From: Patescibacteria group bacterium
GTDB lineage: Bacteria > Patescibacteriota > Patescibacteriia > Patescibacteriales > JAQTRU01
Assembly (NCBI GenBank): GCA_028711415.1
Contig: JAQTSG010000002.1
Span: forward strand, 1-51,442
DNA length: 51,442 bases
Direction: 5' to 3'
Shown here in pieces: positions 22,260-31,596 of this stretch (position 1 is its first letter; the number at the start of each line of letters is the position of its first letter). The notes under the pieces were generated by a model, which worked only from the letters and a program-made list of their open reading frames with translations, ran no database searches and was not told the origin of the DNA. A program made the position numbers and the translations under genes.

Positions 22260-24026
22260 ATGTTCATAAGAGAAATTATTAAAAAAGCAAAAATTCACTG
22301 GCTTGGGCTCTTACTGGCCTTTATTGTCGGCCTGCTTGCAGTCTGGCCGACTTTGTATTCTATAAATAAAGTAGGCAGAGAAAATTTTAAGGGAATTTAC
22401 CCGATGTTTAGTAACGATGAAGTTCATTATCTGTCGCAGATTAAGGAAGTGTTGGACGGGCATCCCGAATTAGGCAATACTTTTATCGCGGAGCATAAAG
22501 ACAGGCCGGCGGCCCGGCCGGCGTTTGCCGCCCGAATTTTAGCCGGTGTTTCCGGGATTTTCAACATTTCGGTGCCAAAATTAGGAGCAATTAATGATTT
22601 TTTTCTGCCGGCTGCCGGATTTGTTTTATTGTATTTTCTGTTTTTCCGGGTTACTAAAAATAAAAGGATATCCGTATTTTTTCCCGTTTTTTATTTTATT
22701 ATATTTTTAAGAGAGTTCGGCCGCCCCATTAACCCGCAATTTAGTTTTATTTTTTTTATTTTAGGCCTGCTCGCTTTAACGGCTATAATAGAGAATTTAG
22801 AGATAAAGAAAAAATTTATTTTTTATAATATTTTACTAGGGGTTGTGTTGGGGCTCTTGATAAGACTTTATCCTTATTATTGGACTTCCATTTTTGTTTT
22901 ATACGCGGTTTATTTTTTCTTGTTGATTATAAAAGAAAAGAGATTTTTTTATTATTTGTCAGGCTGGGTTGTCTTTGCCTTAGTCGCGCTTTTTACCAGC
23001 TTAACTTATTTTATTAATATTAATAAGGCCGCTTTAAACCCATTCTTTCCTGAAGTAAGCGCGAGACTTGGCATGGTAAGCACCCATTGGCCGGGATGTT
23101 TTATTAACGTCTCGCTGCTTGTTGTTTCTTTGCTAGCCGTCTATTTGATAAAAGACAAGATAAGGGATTACCGGCGGCTGTTTTTAGCTTATTCTTTGCC
23201 TCTTAGCGGGATAATAGTCAATTGGCAGAATATAATAACCGGTAAATATCTGCAATTTAGCAGCCATTACTATTTAGTCACGATTTTATTTGTTTTACTG
23301 GCCTTAGCGATTATTACAGAGCCGGCTATTAAGTCTTATAAAGAAAGCAAATCTAAGATCGTCTTGCTTTTTTTCTTTTTAGTTTTATCCTTTTTATTTT
23401 ATCGCCACAGCCATGACGCGCTTGCTTCAATTTATGTAAGCGAGGAGAAGATAGAGAAAACGGCGGGAGACCAGGAACTGTCTTCTGTCGCCAGCTGGAT
23501 TAATGCCAACACTTTGCCAGACTCTTCTTTTTTAACTTTCGGGGAGGACTATGGCTGGCTGATTCCGATTTATACGCGGGGCAACCTGTTTACGAACGCC
23601 TACGCCAGTTATTATTTAACTTCAGATGAAGAACTGGAAGACCGGTGGGTAATAAAGAATATTTTTAATAAAAATTTTAACGCGGAATATATATTTAAAG
23701 GATACCGGGGCTTTCTCGGCAATAAATTTCTTGATGAATATCAAAATAAAGAAGTAAGAAGAAAAATTAAAGAATTTTTTACCAGAAAGAAATATGAGGA
23801 AAACGTGTTGCTGCCGAGCGAATATATTGCCAAAGTATTAAATAAATATGATAATTATAAGAATTTGGATTTAGGGGAACTGTTTAGTCTGTATTCGATA
23901 GATTATATTTTACTGGATAAAAATAGTGTTGATAAAGAAATCATTGAAAAATTTGACACGGAAGAGCGTTTTAAATTATTAGAGGAGATAGGCGGAAGCA
24001 AAATATATAAGTTTATTAAATATTAG
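22260..24026 (+). CDS. Large polytopic membrane protein, possible second GT-C glycosyltransferase
   Basis: Many TM helices. FSNDEVHYL acidic motif after TM1. Soluble C-terminal domain. The track start at 22239 is TTG; the first ATG is at 22260. Confidence 0.4.
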   Translation: MFIREIIKKAKIHWLGLLLAFIVGLLAVWPTLYSINKVGRENFKGIYPMFSNDEVHYLSQIKEVLDGHPELGNTFIAEHKDRPAARPAFAARILAGVSGIFNISVPKLGAINDFFLPAAGFVLLYFLFFRVTKNKRISVFFPVFYFIIFLREFGRPINPQFSFIFFILGLLALTAIIENLEIKKKFIFYNILLGVVLGLLIRLYPYYWTSIFVLYAVYFFLLIIKEKRFFYYLSGWVVFALVALFTSLTYFININKAALNPFFPEVSARLGMVSTHWPGCFINVSLLVVSLLAVYLIKDKIRDYRRLFLAYSLPLSGIIVNWQNIITGKYLQFSSHYYLVTILFVLLALAIITEPAIKSYKESKSKIVLLFFFLVLSFLFYRHSHDALASIYVSEEKIEKTAGDQELSSVASWINANTLPDSSFLTFGEDYGWLIPIYTRGNLFTNAYASYYLTSDEELEDRWVIKNIFNKNFNAEYIFKGYRGFLGNKFLDEYQNKEVRRKIKEFFTRKKYEENVLLPSEYIAKVLNKYDNYKNLDLGELFSLYSIDYILLDKNSVDKEIIEKFDTEERFKLLEEIGGSKIYKFIKY

Positions 24027-24048
24027 ATAATCCGGAATTTTTGTAATC

Positions 24049-24077
24049 TTGTCAATTTTATTGGATTGTTGTAAAAT
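24049..24077 (+). promoter_or_regulatory. Candidate sigma70-type promoter TTGTCA-17 nt-TAAAAT
   Basis: Read directly in the 139-nt gap before the beta-helix gene. A TGTCATAAT extended -10 alternative follows immediately. Confidence 0.35.
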
Positions 24078-24165
24078 GTCATAATATTGGCATTCGGGGC
24101 AAACCAGTATTAAGGATATTGAGGGTTGTGGGAGGCTTGCCTTTAGAACATTATTAAATTTTTAT

Positions 24166-25875
24166 ATGAATTTAGTTAAATTTTCTTATCATATTATTAG
24201 AAATAAGAAGCTATTTTTCGGCTTAGCGGCATTATTAGCGATTTTTTTAGTGATTTATTTAAATAGATTATCCGCGCCGACGGAGTTAGTAGAAGATAGC
24301 CTTAAGACCACGCCGGTTTCTATTAATATTTATCTGACGGATGATAACAGCCAAAAATTTCAAAACCAGTATGTTTTAGCTTATTTTGACATTTATCTTC
24401 ATAAGGCGGCTGATTTATATTTAGTTGATGTTGCCCCTGAATTTATAGGAGATATTGCTCTTAATGATTATAAATTATATTATGATTTTAATTTTGATCA
24501 GCAATTAGATTCTAATGATAAACCGGTTGAAAATTATTTAGATGTTATATTATCCGGCGACCAGGAGATCGGTAAGGGCGGGAAGCAGTATGAAAATAAA
24601 CTAAAGCTTGCCAGGTATCGTTTTTATCTAATCAGCCAAAAGCTTAGCAGTACCGATTTTTCCGGAAGTTTGAAATCAATTAAATTTGGCATGGAGGACG
24701 TCGCGACCGGTAAAAAAATTAAGAACAAAGATATTAACGAAAGAATTATCAACAAATCTTCCTTTAAATATTTTGATTTAATTTCTGATATTAATAAATT
24801 TAAAGTTTTAAACCCCTATTTTTTAGTTAACGAAAAAAATAAGGAAATAGTCCTGCCGGCCGGCAACTATAACATAGGCAGGACAATTATTATTCCAAGC
24901 GGCTATACTTTAAAAATTCAGCCCGGCTCGACCCTTATTTTTTCTCCCAAAACTTCATTAGTGAGCTATAGCAATATTATTGCCCAAGGCAACCCATCAG
25001 CCCCGATTAATTTTATGGCTGGCGGTAAAGAGCCATGGGGAGTTCTAGCTGTCTTAAACACTGACAAGCAAAGTATTTTTGATTACTGTAAATTTTCATC
25101 CGGCAAAGATGATTATATTAATGGTGTTTATTTTTCAGGCATGCTTTCAATTTATCATTCAAAAGTTAAGATTAGTGATTCTAGATTTTCAAACGCCAAG
25201 GCCGACGATTCTTTAAATATTAAATATAGTTCAGCCGAGCTCTCTCAAAATACTTTTTCAGATAACGCCGCCGATGGCATTGATTTTGATTTTATTAAAG
25301 AAGGTTTTATTAAACAAAGCGAGTTTTACAATAATGGCAACGATGCCATTGATTTAAGCGGCTCAACCATTTTAATAGAGAATAATTATATAGAAGGTTC
25401 GGGCGACAAAGGCATAAGCGTTGGCGAGAAATCACTAGGTACTTTAATTTATAATAATATTTTAAACGGCTGTAATATTGGCGTTGAAATTAAAGATTTG
25501 TCCGACATAAAGATAATCAATAACGTTATTATTAATAATAAAATTGGCTTAAACGCCTATCAAAAGAAACCCGTTTTTGGCGGCGGTAAAGCCGAAGTCT
25601 ATAATTCAATTCTTTGGCAAAATGAACTTGATATCCAAATGGATGAAAAATCAAAAATTAACATCTATTATAGTAATATTAAAGACGCTAACGGCCAAAA
25701 TAATAATTTTAATTACGAGCCGGTTTTTACTAATCCCGTTCTTAAAGATTATTCAATTGATTTGAAAAAATCAGATAAGCAATTCGCGCAGGGCGGCAAT
25801 AATGAGATTCTGGTGAAAGAGCTAAAAATTGAGTTGCCGCAAGCGCCGGTTGGCTTAAATAATTATCTAAAATAA
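24166..25875 (+). CDS. Membrane-anchored right-handed parallel beta-helix (PbH1) repeat protein
   Basis: N-terminal TM helix. Repeated NxxDGIDF / GNDAIDLSGS / GDKGISVGE / NIGVEIKD units are typical of the pectin-lyase fold. Confidence 0.65.
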   Translation: MNLVKFSYHIIRNKKLFFGLAALLAIFLVIYLNRLSAPTELVEDSLKTTPVSINIYLTDDNSQKFQNQYVLAYFDIYLHKAADLYLVDVAPEFIGDIALNDYKLYYDFNFDQQLDSNDKPVENYLDVILSGDQEIGKGGKQYENKLKLARYRFYLISQKLSSTDFSGSLKSIKFGMEDVATGKKIKNKDINERIINKSSFKYFDLISDINKFKVLNPYFLVNEKNKEIVLPAGNYNIGRTIIIPSGYTLKIQPGSTLIFSPKTSLVSYSNIIAQGNPSAPINFMAGGKEPWGVLAVLNTDKQSIFDYCKFSSGKDDYINGVYFSGMLSIYHSKVKISDSRFSNAKADDSLNIKYSSAELSQNTFSDNAADGIDFDFIKEGFIKQSEFYNNGNDAIDLSGSTILIENNYIEGSGDKGISVGEKSLGTLIYNNILNGCNIGVEIKDLSDIKIINNVIINNKIGLNAYQKKPVFGGGKAEVYNSILWQNELDIQMDEKSKINIYYSNIKDANGQNNNFNYEPVFTNPVLKDYSIDLKKSDKQFAQGGNNEILVKELKIELPQAPVGLNNYLK

Positions 25876-25884
25876 CCAATAACT

Positions 25885-27651
25885 ATGTATAGTTTCCGTT
25901 TTATCAAAAGATTTATTGGGGAAAGGAAGAAAAAAGTCCTGATCGGCTTGGTTCTATGCCTTATTGTTATATTGCCGACCTTTATTTATTTAGAAAAAAA
26001 TAAAAATACCTTAATCCATAATAAATATATCTATAATAAATATATCTGGGCTTTGATGCCTGTTTATCGCTCTTTAAAAAATTTTGTCAATGAAACGCCT
26101 AATATCCTTTATCTGCATAAAATGAAGAGCGACGTTGGTATTCCTGGTTATCAGCTAATAATTGAAAGGGCTGATTTAGAAAGATTAAATAATAATCTGC
26201 CAAGTCCTTTTGTTGACGGAGCGTTCGTCGGCTTTCCTGAACTGACCGATAAGTTTCAGAAGCCCGTGCCGGCTAAGTTTTTTGCCGGAGGCCAAGAATA
26301 CAAAGTTAAGGTAAGCTACCGCGGTGATCATTCAAATCACTGGACTAAAGAAAAGAAATCATGGGAAATAAACTTTGATAAGGATAGTCTATTTAATGGC
26401 CTAAAAGCTATTAAATTGATTATTCCGAAAAGCCGCGAATATTTTGCCGAATATTTAGATGCGTACCGGGCAAAAAAATTTGGTTTAAATCCGGCCGAGA
26501 CAAGTTTTATTAGTTTAAAAGTAAATAACAAAAATTACGGAGTTTATTATCAATTTGAAGATTTGTCGAAAGAGTTTCTGGAAAAGAATGAGTTGCCCGT
26601 AGATGCTAATTTATATGTGACGGATGATGATACTATAAATTTAAATGAGCAGAATTCCGCCTCAAATGATGTTATATTCTGGAAGAAGCAAACGAGCGAT
26701 AAGATTTTTAATTACGATAATTATAGCGAGATAGATTTTTTATTAAGTCTTCAGGATAAAAAGGAATTTTCGGACATTTTACCTAATATTATAAACCTAG
26801 ACAATTTTTATAATTGGCAGGTGCTTTCGATTTTAGCGGGCAGTTCGCATCAGTGCGATAGAGGCAACTGGCGCATTTATTTTAACAATAGCCGCGGCAA
26901 ATTTGAGTTTATTCCCTGGGATGTAAAAATAAGGCCGGCTATCGGCGATAAAATATTTGATAATATTTTAGTCGGTAAAATATTATCCGACCCCAAAAGA
27001 GAATATGAACGCAATCAGGCGCTTTGGAATTATGTCCGGGAGGAAAAAAATTTAGCCGATGATCTTGAAGTTTATGATCAGATTTATGAAAAACTTAAGC
27101 CGGCGTTTTATGCGGATTGGACTAAAACTGATAATAATTATAGATTTGATAAACAAGTTGAGGGCGTCCGTCAAGATTTTATCAATATATTTAATGACGC
27201 GAAACAACTTTTTCTAAATGACCGTTCAGATTTAAACGTTAGCTATCGGCCGTCAAAGCAGATAATCAGTATTGATTTAACCGTTGACAATTTTAGCGGC
27301 TTAATTTTGGAATCAATTGTTTTGCCTTTTAGAAATCTTTCCGATTACGCCGAGTTGTATCACGATTCCAACGGGGATGGGGAGTTAACTGCCGCCGATA
27401 CACTCGTTGCCCGCGCCACTATTTCCAAAAAAGACCAACGATTTCTATTTAATGATTTAAATCAATTTTTCTTTAGTCAAAGAGTTTACCAGGAAGATAC
27501 CAAACAGAGTTCGTTAATTCCCAAAAAACATACCCTGTTCATAAAATTGAATAATTACTCGGATTTTAAATCCGGATCTTTGGACGTCGATAAAGTTGAA
27601 TTTCAGTTTATTAACGCCGTCACTGAAAAAGTGGTTCAAGTCAAAAGATAG
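25885..27651 (+). CDS. CotH family kinase-like protein with dockerin/EF-hand-like segment
   Basis: NNKNYGVYYQFEDLSKEFLEKN and DNFYNWQVLSILAGSSHQCDRGNWRIYFNNSRGKFEFIPWD match CotH hallmarks. DSNGDGELTAADTL is a Ca-binding-like loop. N-terminal TM helix. Confidence 0.75.
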   Translation: MYSFRFIKRFIGERKKKVLIGLVLCLIVILPTFIYLEKNKNTLIHNKYIYNKYIWALMPVYRSLKNFVNETPNILYLHKMKSDVGIPGYQLIIERADLERLNNNLPSPFVDGAFVGFPELTDKFQKPVPAKFFAGGQEYKVKVSYRGDHSNHWTKEKKSWEINFDKDSLFNGLKAIKLIIPKSREYFAEYLDAYRAKKFGLNPAETSFISLKVNNKNYGVYYQFEDLSKEFLEKNELPVDANLYVTDDDTINLNEQNSASNDVIFWKKQTSDKIFNYDNYSEIDFLLSLQDKKEFSDILPNIINLDNFYNWQVLSILAGSSHQCDRGNWRIYFNNSRGKFEFIPWDVKIRPAIGDKIFDNILVGKILSDPKREYERNQALWNYVREEKNLADDLEVYDQIYEKLKPAFYADWTKTDNNYRFDKQVEGVRQDFINIFNDAKQLFLNDRSDLNVSYRPSKQIISIDLTVDNFSGLILESIVLPFRNLSDYAELYHDSNGDGELTAADTLVARATISKKDQRFLFNDLNQFFFSQRVYQEDTKQSSLIPKKHTLFIKLNNYSDFKSGSLDVDKVEFQFINAVTEKVVQVKR

Positions 27652-27687
27652 GCGGTAATTCCGTTTATTAATTGATTATAATAAACT

Positions 27688-28437
27688 ATGCTTAAGCCAA
27701 ACCTTCATTTCCAACGTTTTGAATTTAAATATTATTTACCGAAGAATAAAGCGGATAAAATAATTCCGGCGTTTCTTAGGCATATGAATTGGGACCCCTA
27801 CATTATCGGCCGAGACGAAGATTATTATTACGTCAACAGCTTATATTTTGATTCACCCGATTTTGGTTGCTTTTTTGATAAGGAAAGCGGGGTAGCAGAC
27901 AGAAAAAAATTGCGTTATCGGTTTTATAATGATATAAATGAAGAAAGTCCGGTCTTTCTAGAAATCAAACGAAAGAAAGATGAGTTGGTAATCAAAGACA
28001 GAGTAAGTTTGAATTGTTTTGAATGTCAAAACACCAAATTAGATCAAGTGCTAAAAAAAGCCAAAAAACAGGATTACGAAAACGAATTTTTCAATGAACT
28101 GATATGGTTTAAGTGCCGTAATTCCCTGCAACCCAAGCTTTTTGTCCGCTATAAGAGAAAAGCTCTTATCGGCAAGCTTGATTCAAAATTGCGGGTTACT
28201 TTCGACTACGATATAAAAACCCAGCAATCATCCAGTCTTACGCCCAACCCCCGGAAATTTGTTGATGTTTATAAAGACGGAGTTGTACTTGAATTAAAAT
28301 ACAATAATGTTTTGCCGAATTGGCTTCATAGAATTATTCAGCAGTTTGACCTTAGACGTTTGGCTTATTCAAAATATTGCAATAGTCTGCGGCAGGTTCA
28401 CCCTTATCTGGACGATAATAATTATTCTCCTTATTAA
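27688..28437 (+). CDS. VTC domain (polyphosphate polymerase, CYTH-like) protein
   Basis: FQRFEFKYYLP, SLYFDSPDF, RKKLRYRFY, VFLEIKRKKDELVIKDR are typical VTC tunnel motifs. Confidence 0.75.
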   Translation: MLKPNLHFQRFEFKYYLPKNKADKIIPAFLRHMNWDPYIIGRDEDYYYVNSLYFDSPDFGCFFDKESGVADRKKLRYRFYNDINEESPVFLEIKRKKDELVIKDRVSLNCFECQNTKLDQVLKKAKKQDYENEFFNELIWFKCRNSLQPKLFVRYKRKALIGKLDSKLRVTFDYDIKTQQSSSLTPNPRKFVDVYKDGVVLELKYNNVLPNWLHRIIQQFDLRRLAYSKYCNSLRQVHPYLDDNNYSPY

Positions 28438-28464
28438 ATAAATTAATTAATAAATAAAAAATTT

Positions 28465-29151
28465 ATGTTAGACAATCTTTTCAATGTTTCGGCCGCGTCC
28501 AGCCAACTTACCCTTGGCGCAATAATCATAGACCTTGTTTTGGCCTTTATTTTATCCTTTATCGTTGCCGTCGTGTATAAAAATACCCACAAGGGCTTAT
28601 CGTATTCCCAATCTTTTACCTTCACCCTTATTCTTATCGGGATTCTTGTGAGTGTGGTTATAATGGTTATTGGCAATAGTTTAGCGGTTGCTTTTGGCGC
28701 TTTCGGGACATTTTCCTTAATTCGCTTCCGAACAGCCATTAAGGACACCCGCGATGTGGCCTTCATCTTACTGGTCGTTACTATCGGCCTTTCTGTCGGC
28801 ACCAGGAATTACCTTATAGCTATTTTGGCAACTGTTTTTACTCTGGCGGTTGTTTACGGGCTGAATAAAATCAACTTCGGTTCAATCAGAAAATTTGATT
28901 TTATTTTGAATTTTTCCGTTCTTACCAAAACGTTTTCTAATGACAGAATGCGTGATGTTTTTAAGGAATACCTTAAATACGACAATTTATTAAACGTTAC
29001 TTCGCGTGAAGGCGGTAAGTTTCTTGATTACAGTTTTAATATTAAATTTATTTTGAATTCTGACATGGAGCAATTTCTCGGTAAATTCAATTCTCTTGAA
29101 GGCGTTGAAGACGTTGATTTAATCAGCGCTAAAAATGATATTGAGTATTAA
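28465..29151 (+). CDS. DUF4956 family membrane protein
   Basis: Four TM helices with GAFGTFSLIRFRTAIKDTRDVAF, matching the DUF4956 core. Classical neighbour of VTC and CotH genes. Confidence 0.7.
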   Translation: MLDNLFNVSAASSQLTLGAIIIDLVLAFILSFIVAVVYKNTHKGLSYSQSFTFTLILIGILVSVVIMVIGNSLAVAFGAFGTFSLIRFRTAIKDTRDVAFILLVVTIGLSVGTRNYLIAILATVFTLAVVYGLNKINFGSIRKFDFILNFSVLTKTFSNDRMRDVFKEYLKYDNLLNVTSREGGKFLDYSFNIKFILNSDMEQFLGKFNSLEGVEDVDLISAKNDIEY

Positions 29152-29263
29152 ATATAGCCGGTTCATCAGTCCCTTAAAAGAGGAGAGTGTCATCTTATAT
29201 TTTTAGCGCGTAAAGCGGGCCAAGTCTATGAATAAGTAGTTAGATTTAAGAATAATTGTTTTT

Positions 29264-29288
29264 AAAAATCCCCCGGAAGGGGATTTTT
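29264..29288. terminator. Bidirectional intrinsic terminator aaaaatcccc-cggaa-ggggattttt
   Basis: Perfect 10-bp stem with a GC core, T5 on the + side and A5 on the other. 113 nt after the DUF4956 stop. Confidence 0.7.
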
Positions 29289-29328
29289 AATTGCTAGATG
29301 TTTACCGCAATTTTATAAATAGCTGAAT

Positions 29329-29342
29329 TTGTTATATAACAA
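29329..29342. promoter_or_regulatory. Perfect 14-bp palindrome ttgttatataacaa flanked by GAATTTG direct repeats
   Basis: Read directly, about 90 nt upstream of the HTH gene. Confidence 0.4.
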
Positions 29343-29385
29343 GGAATTTGATTTATTTATTTAATATTAGGTAAATATTAATAAA

Positions 29386-29426
29386 ATTGACACCTATTGA
29401 CACCCATTGACACCCCGCGGTATAAT
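29386..29426 (+). promoter_or_regulatory. Three 10-bp-phased ATTGACACC iterons overlapping a TTGACA-18 nt-TATAAT promoter
   Basis: ATTGACACC at 29386, 29396 and 29406. The -35 TTGACA (29397-29402) pairs with TATAAT (29421-29426). Confidence 0.55.
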
Positions 29427-29432
29427 AATAAT

Positions 29433-29684
29433 ATGAATAACGACGAAATAAAATCAAATGCGGTTTACACTACCCTGGAGGCCCAAGAGCTATTGAAAAT
29501 AAGCAATAGCACTATTAAACGTCTGCTTAAAAAGGGGCTAATAAAAGCCAATAAGGTTGGAGGCCAATATCGTATTTTAGGTAAGGAAATATTGCGTTTA
29601 GTGTCTCCGGAGGTAGAAAAGAAAGCCGTAAAGTCATATCTGGGCCTGAAACAAAAGGTTGTGGATAAAATCAATAGATGGTAA
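29433..29684 (+). CDS. Excisionase-family (HTH_17/MerR-like) DNA-binding protein
   Basis: YTTLEAQELLKISNSTIKRLLKKGLIKANKVGGQYRI matches the excisionase-type helix-turn-helix. The track start at 29397 is a TTG inside the promoter repeats and is rejected. Confidence 0.7.
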   Translation: MNNDEIKSNAVYTTLEAQELLKISNSTIKRLLKKGLIKANKVGGQYRILGKEILRLVSPEVEKKAVKSYLGLKQKVVDKINRW

Positions 29685-29718
29685 TTTTTAGGAGTTAGAT
29701 ATTTAAAAAGATAAACAA

Positions 29719-31506
29719 ATGTTTAATGATAATAGGCTAATAACCATAATAAAATTATCAAGGCGGGCCTTTGGCCAATATAAGAAACAGATTGTCATTT
29801 TAACTGTTCTGGGTTTTTTAATCGGCTTACTGGAGGGAATCGGTATTAACGCCTTAATCCCTCTTTTTTCTTTTATTGTCGGTCAAGAGAATGGCGGAGA
29901 CGACTTTATATCCCAGACAATTGAAAAAATATTTTTATACGCGCATATTGATTTTAATGTAAAATTTTTGCTTATTTTTATTTCTTCATTATTTATTTTT
30001 AAAGCTTTTGTTCTAATATTATTTTCTTATATTATTATTAAGATAACCGCAAGTTATGAAGAGCGGACCAGGAATAATTTATTTGAGGCTACCCTAAAAG
30101 CTGACTGGCCTTATTTACTTGAGCAAAAACTCGGGCACCTTGAGACAATTTTAATGATAAATATATCCCAGGGTTCAAATTTATTGCGCCATATTAGCAA
30201 TACTATTATGGTGCTTACCAGCCTGATTATTTATATTTTAGTGGCTATAAACATTTCCATTTACATCACTTTAATAACCTTGATTTTGGGGTTGTTGTTA
30301 TTCCTCGTGTTTAAACCCCTTATTTACAGGGTAAGGACATTATCTCGCAAAACAGAACGATTAAATAAAGAAATTTCTCATTATGTTAACGAAAATATAG
30401 TCGGGATGAAGACAATAAAAGCTATATTCGTGGGTAACAAGGTGGCCCGAGCCGGCCGGGAATTTTTTCGCCAGTTAAAAGATATGCAGGTTAAACAAAC
30501 TTTATTGAGTAATATCACGGGAGCTTTTATGCAGCCGGTAAGCCTGGTTTTTGTCTGTATAGTCTTCGCTTTATCTTATCGGTCTTCAAATTTTAATTTT
30601 GCCGCTTTAGTAGCGGTAATCTATTTAATTAAACAGATATTTTCCTACTTTGAACAACTACAGACAAAAGCTCTAATTATCAACAGTTCAATCCCATACT
30701 TAAGGAATGTGCTGGATTATGAGGATCAAGCCGGAAGGAATAAAGAAAAAAGCCTCGGCTCAAGCCATTTTAAATTTAACAGTCTTTTGGAATTTAGGGG
30801 GGTAAATTTCTCCTATAATCCCGGTAAAAAAATTCTTGTTGATTTAAATTTTAATATTAAAAAAGGAGAATTGGCCGGATTAATCGGTCCTTCGGGAGTT
30901 GGGAAAACAACCACCACGGATTTAATTCTCCGTTTATTCGCGCCCACCAGTGGAGAAATTTTACTTGACGGAAAAAATATCAAAGAAATCAATCTTGAAG
31001 AATGGAGAAAAAATATAGGTTATGTTTCCCAGGATATATTTTTAATAAATGATACGATTGCCAATAATATCAGATTTTATGACGGTTCAATTACTGACGA
31101 GGATATAGCCGAGGCGGCTAAAAAGGCCAATATTTATGATTTTATCCAGAGTTATCCGAATAAATTTTCTACCATAATCGGCGAAAGAGGGGTTCTGCTT
31201 TCTGCCGGGCAGCGGCAAAGGATTGCTATTGCCAGAGTTTTAGCCCGCCAGCCCAGAGTTTTACTGCTTGATGAAGCTACCAGCGCCCTAGATAATGAAT
31301 CAGAAGCGAAGATTCAGGAAGTAATTAAAAATCTGAAAGGGAAGATAACTGTTTTGGTTATTGCCCACAGATTATCAACCGTTATTAATTCTGATAAATT
31401 AATTGTTTTGGATAAAGGAAAAATTGTTGAGCAGGGCAGGCCGCAGGAATTGTTAAAGGATAAAAATTCTTATTTTTTCAAAGTATATAATATTATAGAA
31501 AAATAA
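29719..31506 (+). CDS. ABC exporter, fused permease/ATPase (MsbA/PglK-like, candidate lipid-linked glycan flippase)
   Basis: Six-TM N-domain; Walker A GPSGVGKTT; signature LSAGQRQR; Walker B LLLDEATSALD. Confidence 0.85.
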   Translation: MFNDNRLITIIKLSRRAFGQYKKQIVILTVLGFLIGLLEGIGINALIPLFSFIVGQENGGDDFISQTIEKIFLYAHIDFNVKFLLIFISSLFIFKAFVLILFSYIIIKITASYEERTRNNLFEATLKADWPYLLEQKLGHLETILMINISQGSNLLRHISNTIMVLTSLIIYILVAINISIYITLITLILGLLLFLVFKPLIYRVRTLSRKTERLNKEISHYVNENIVGMKTIKAIFVGNKVARAGREFFRQLKDMQVKQTLLSNITGAFMQPVSLVFVCIVFALSYRSSNFNFAALVAVIYLIKQIFSYFEQLQTKALIINSSIPYLRNVLDYEDQAGRNKEKSLGSSHFKFNSLLEFRGVNFSYNPGKKILVDLNFNIKKGELAGLIGPSGVGKTTTTDLILRLFAPTSGEILLDGKNIKEINLEEWRKNIGYVSQDIFLINDTIANNIRFYDGSITDEDIAEAAKKANIYDFIQSYPNKFSTIIGERGVLLSAGQRQRIAIARVLARQPRVLLLDEATSALDNESEAKIQEVIKNLKGKITVLVIAHRLSTVINSDKLIVLDKGKIVEQGRPQELLKDKNSYFFKVYNIIEK

Positions 31507-31596
31507 ATATCAATATCCGCCCGTTTCCGCCAAGTTGTTTGGGACATAACTACTAACTAATAAATTTAAATCAATATATTAGCCTTTAATAGGCAG

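Noticed and set aside
31507-31596. Possible degenerate bracket arm (ccgcccgtttccgccaag) upstream of pseB
   Set aside because: It matches only about 8 of the 13 core positions and has no downstream partner in the pseB N-terminus.
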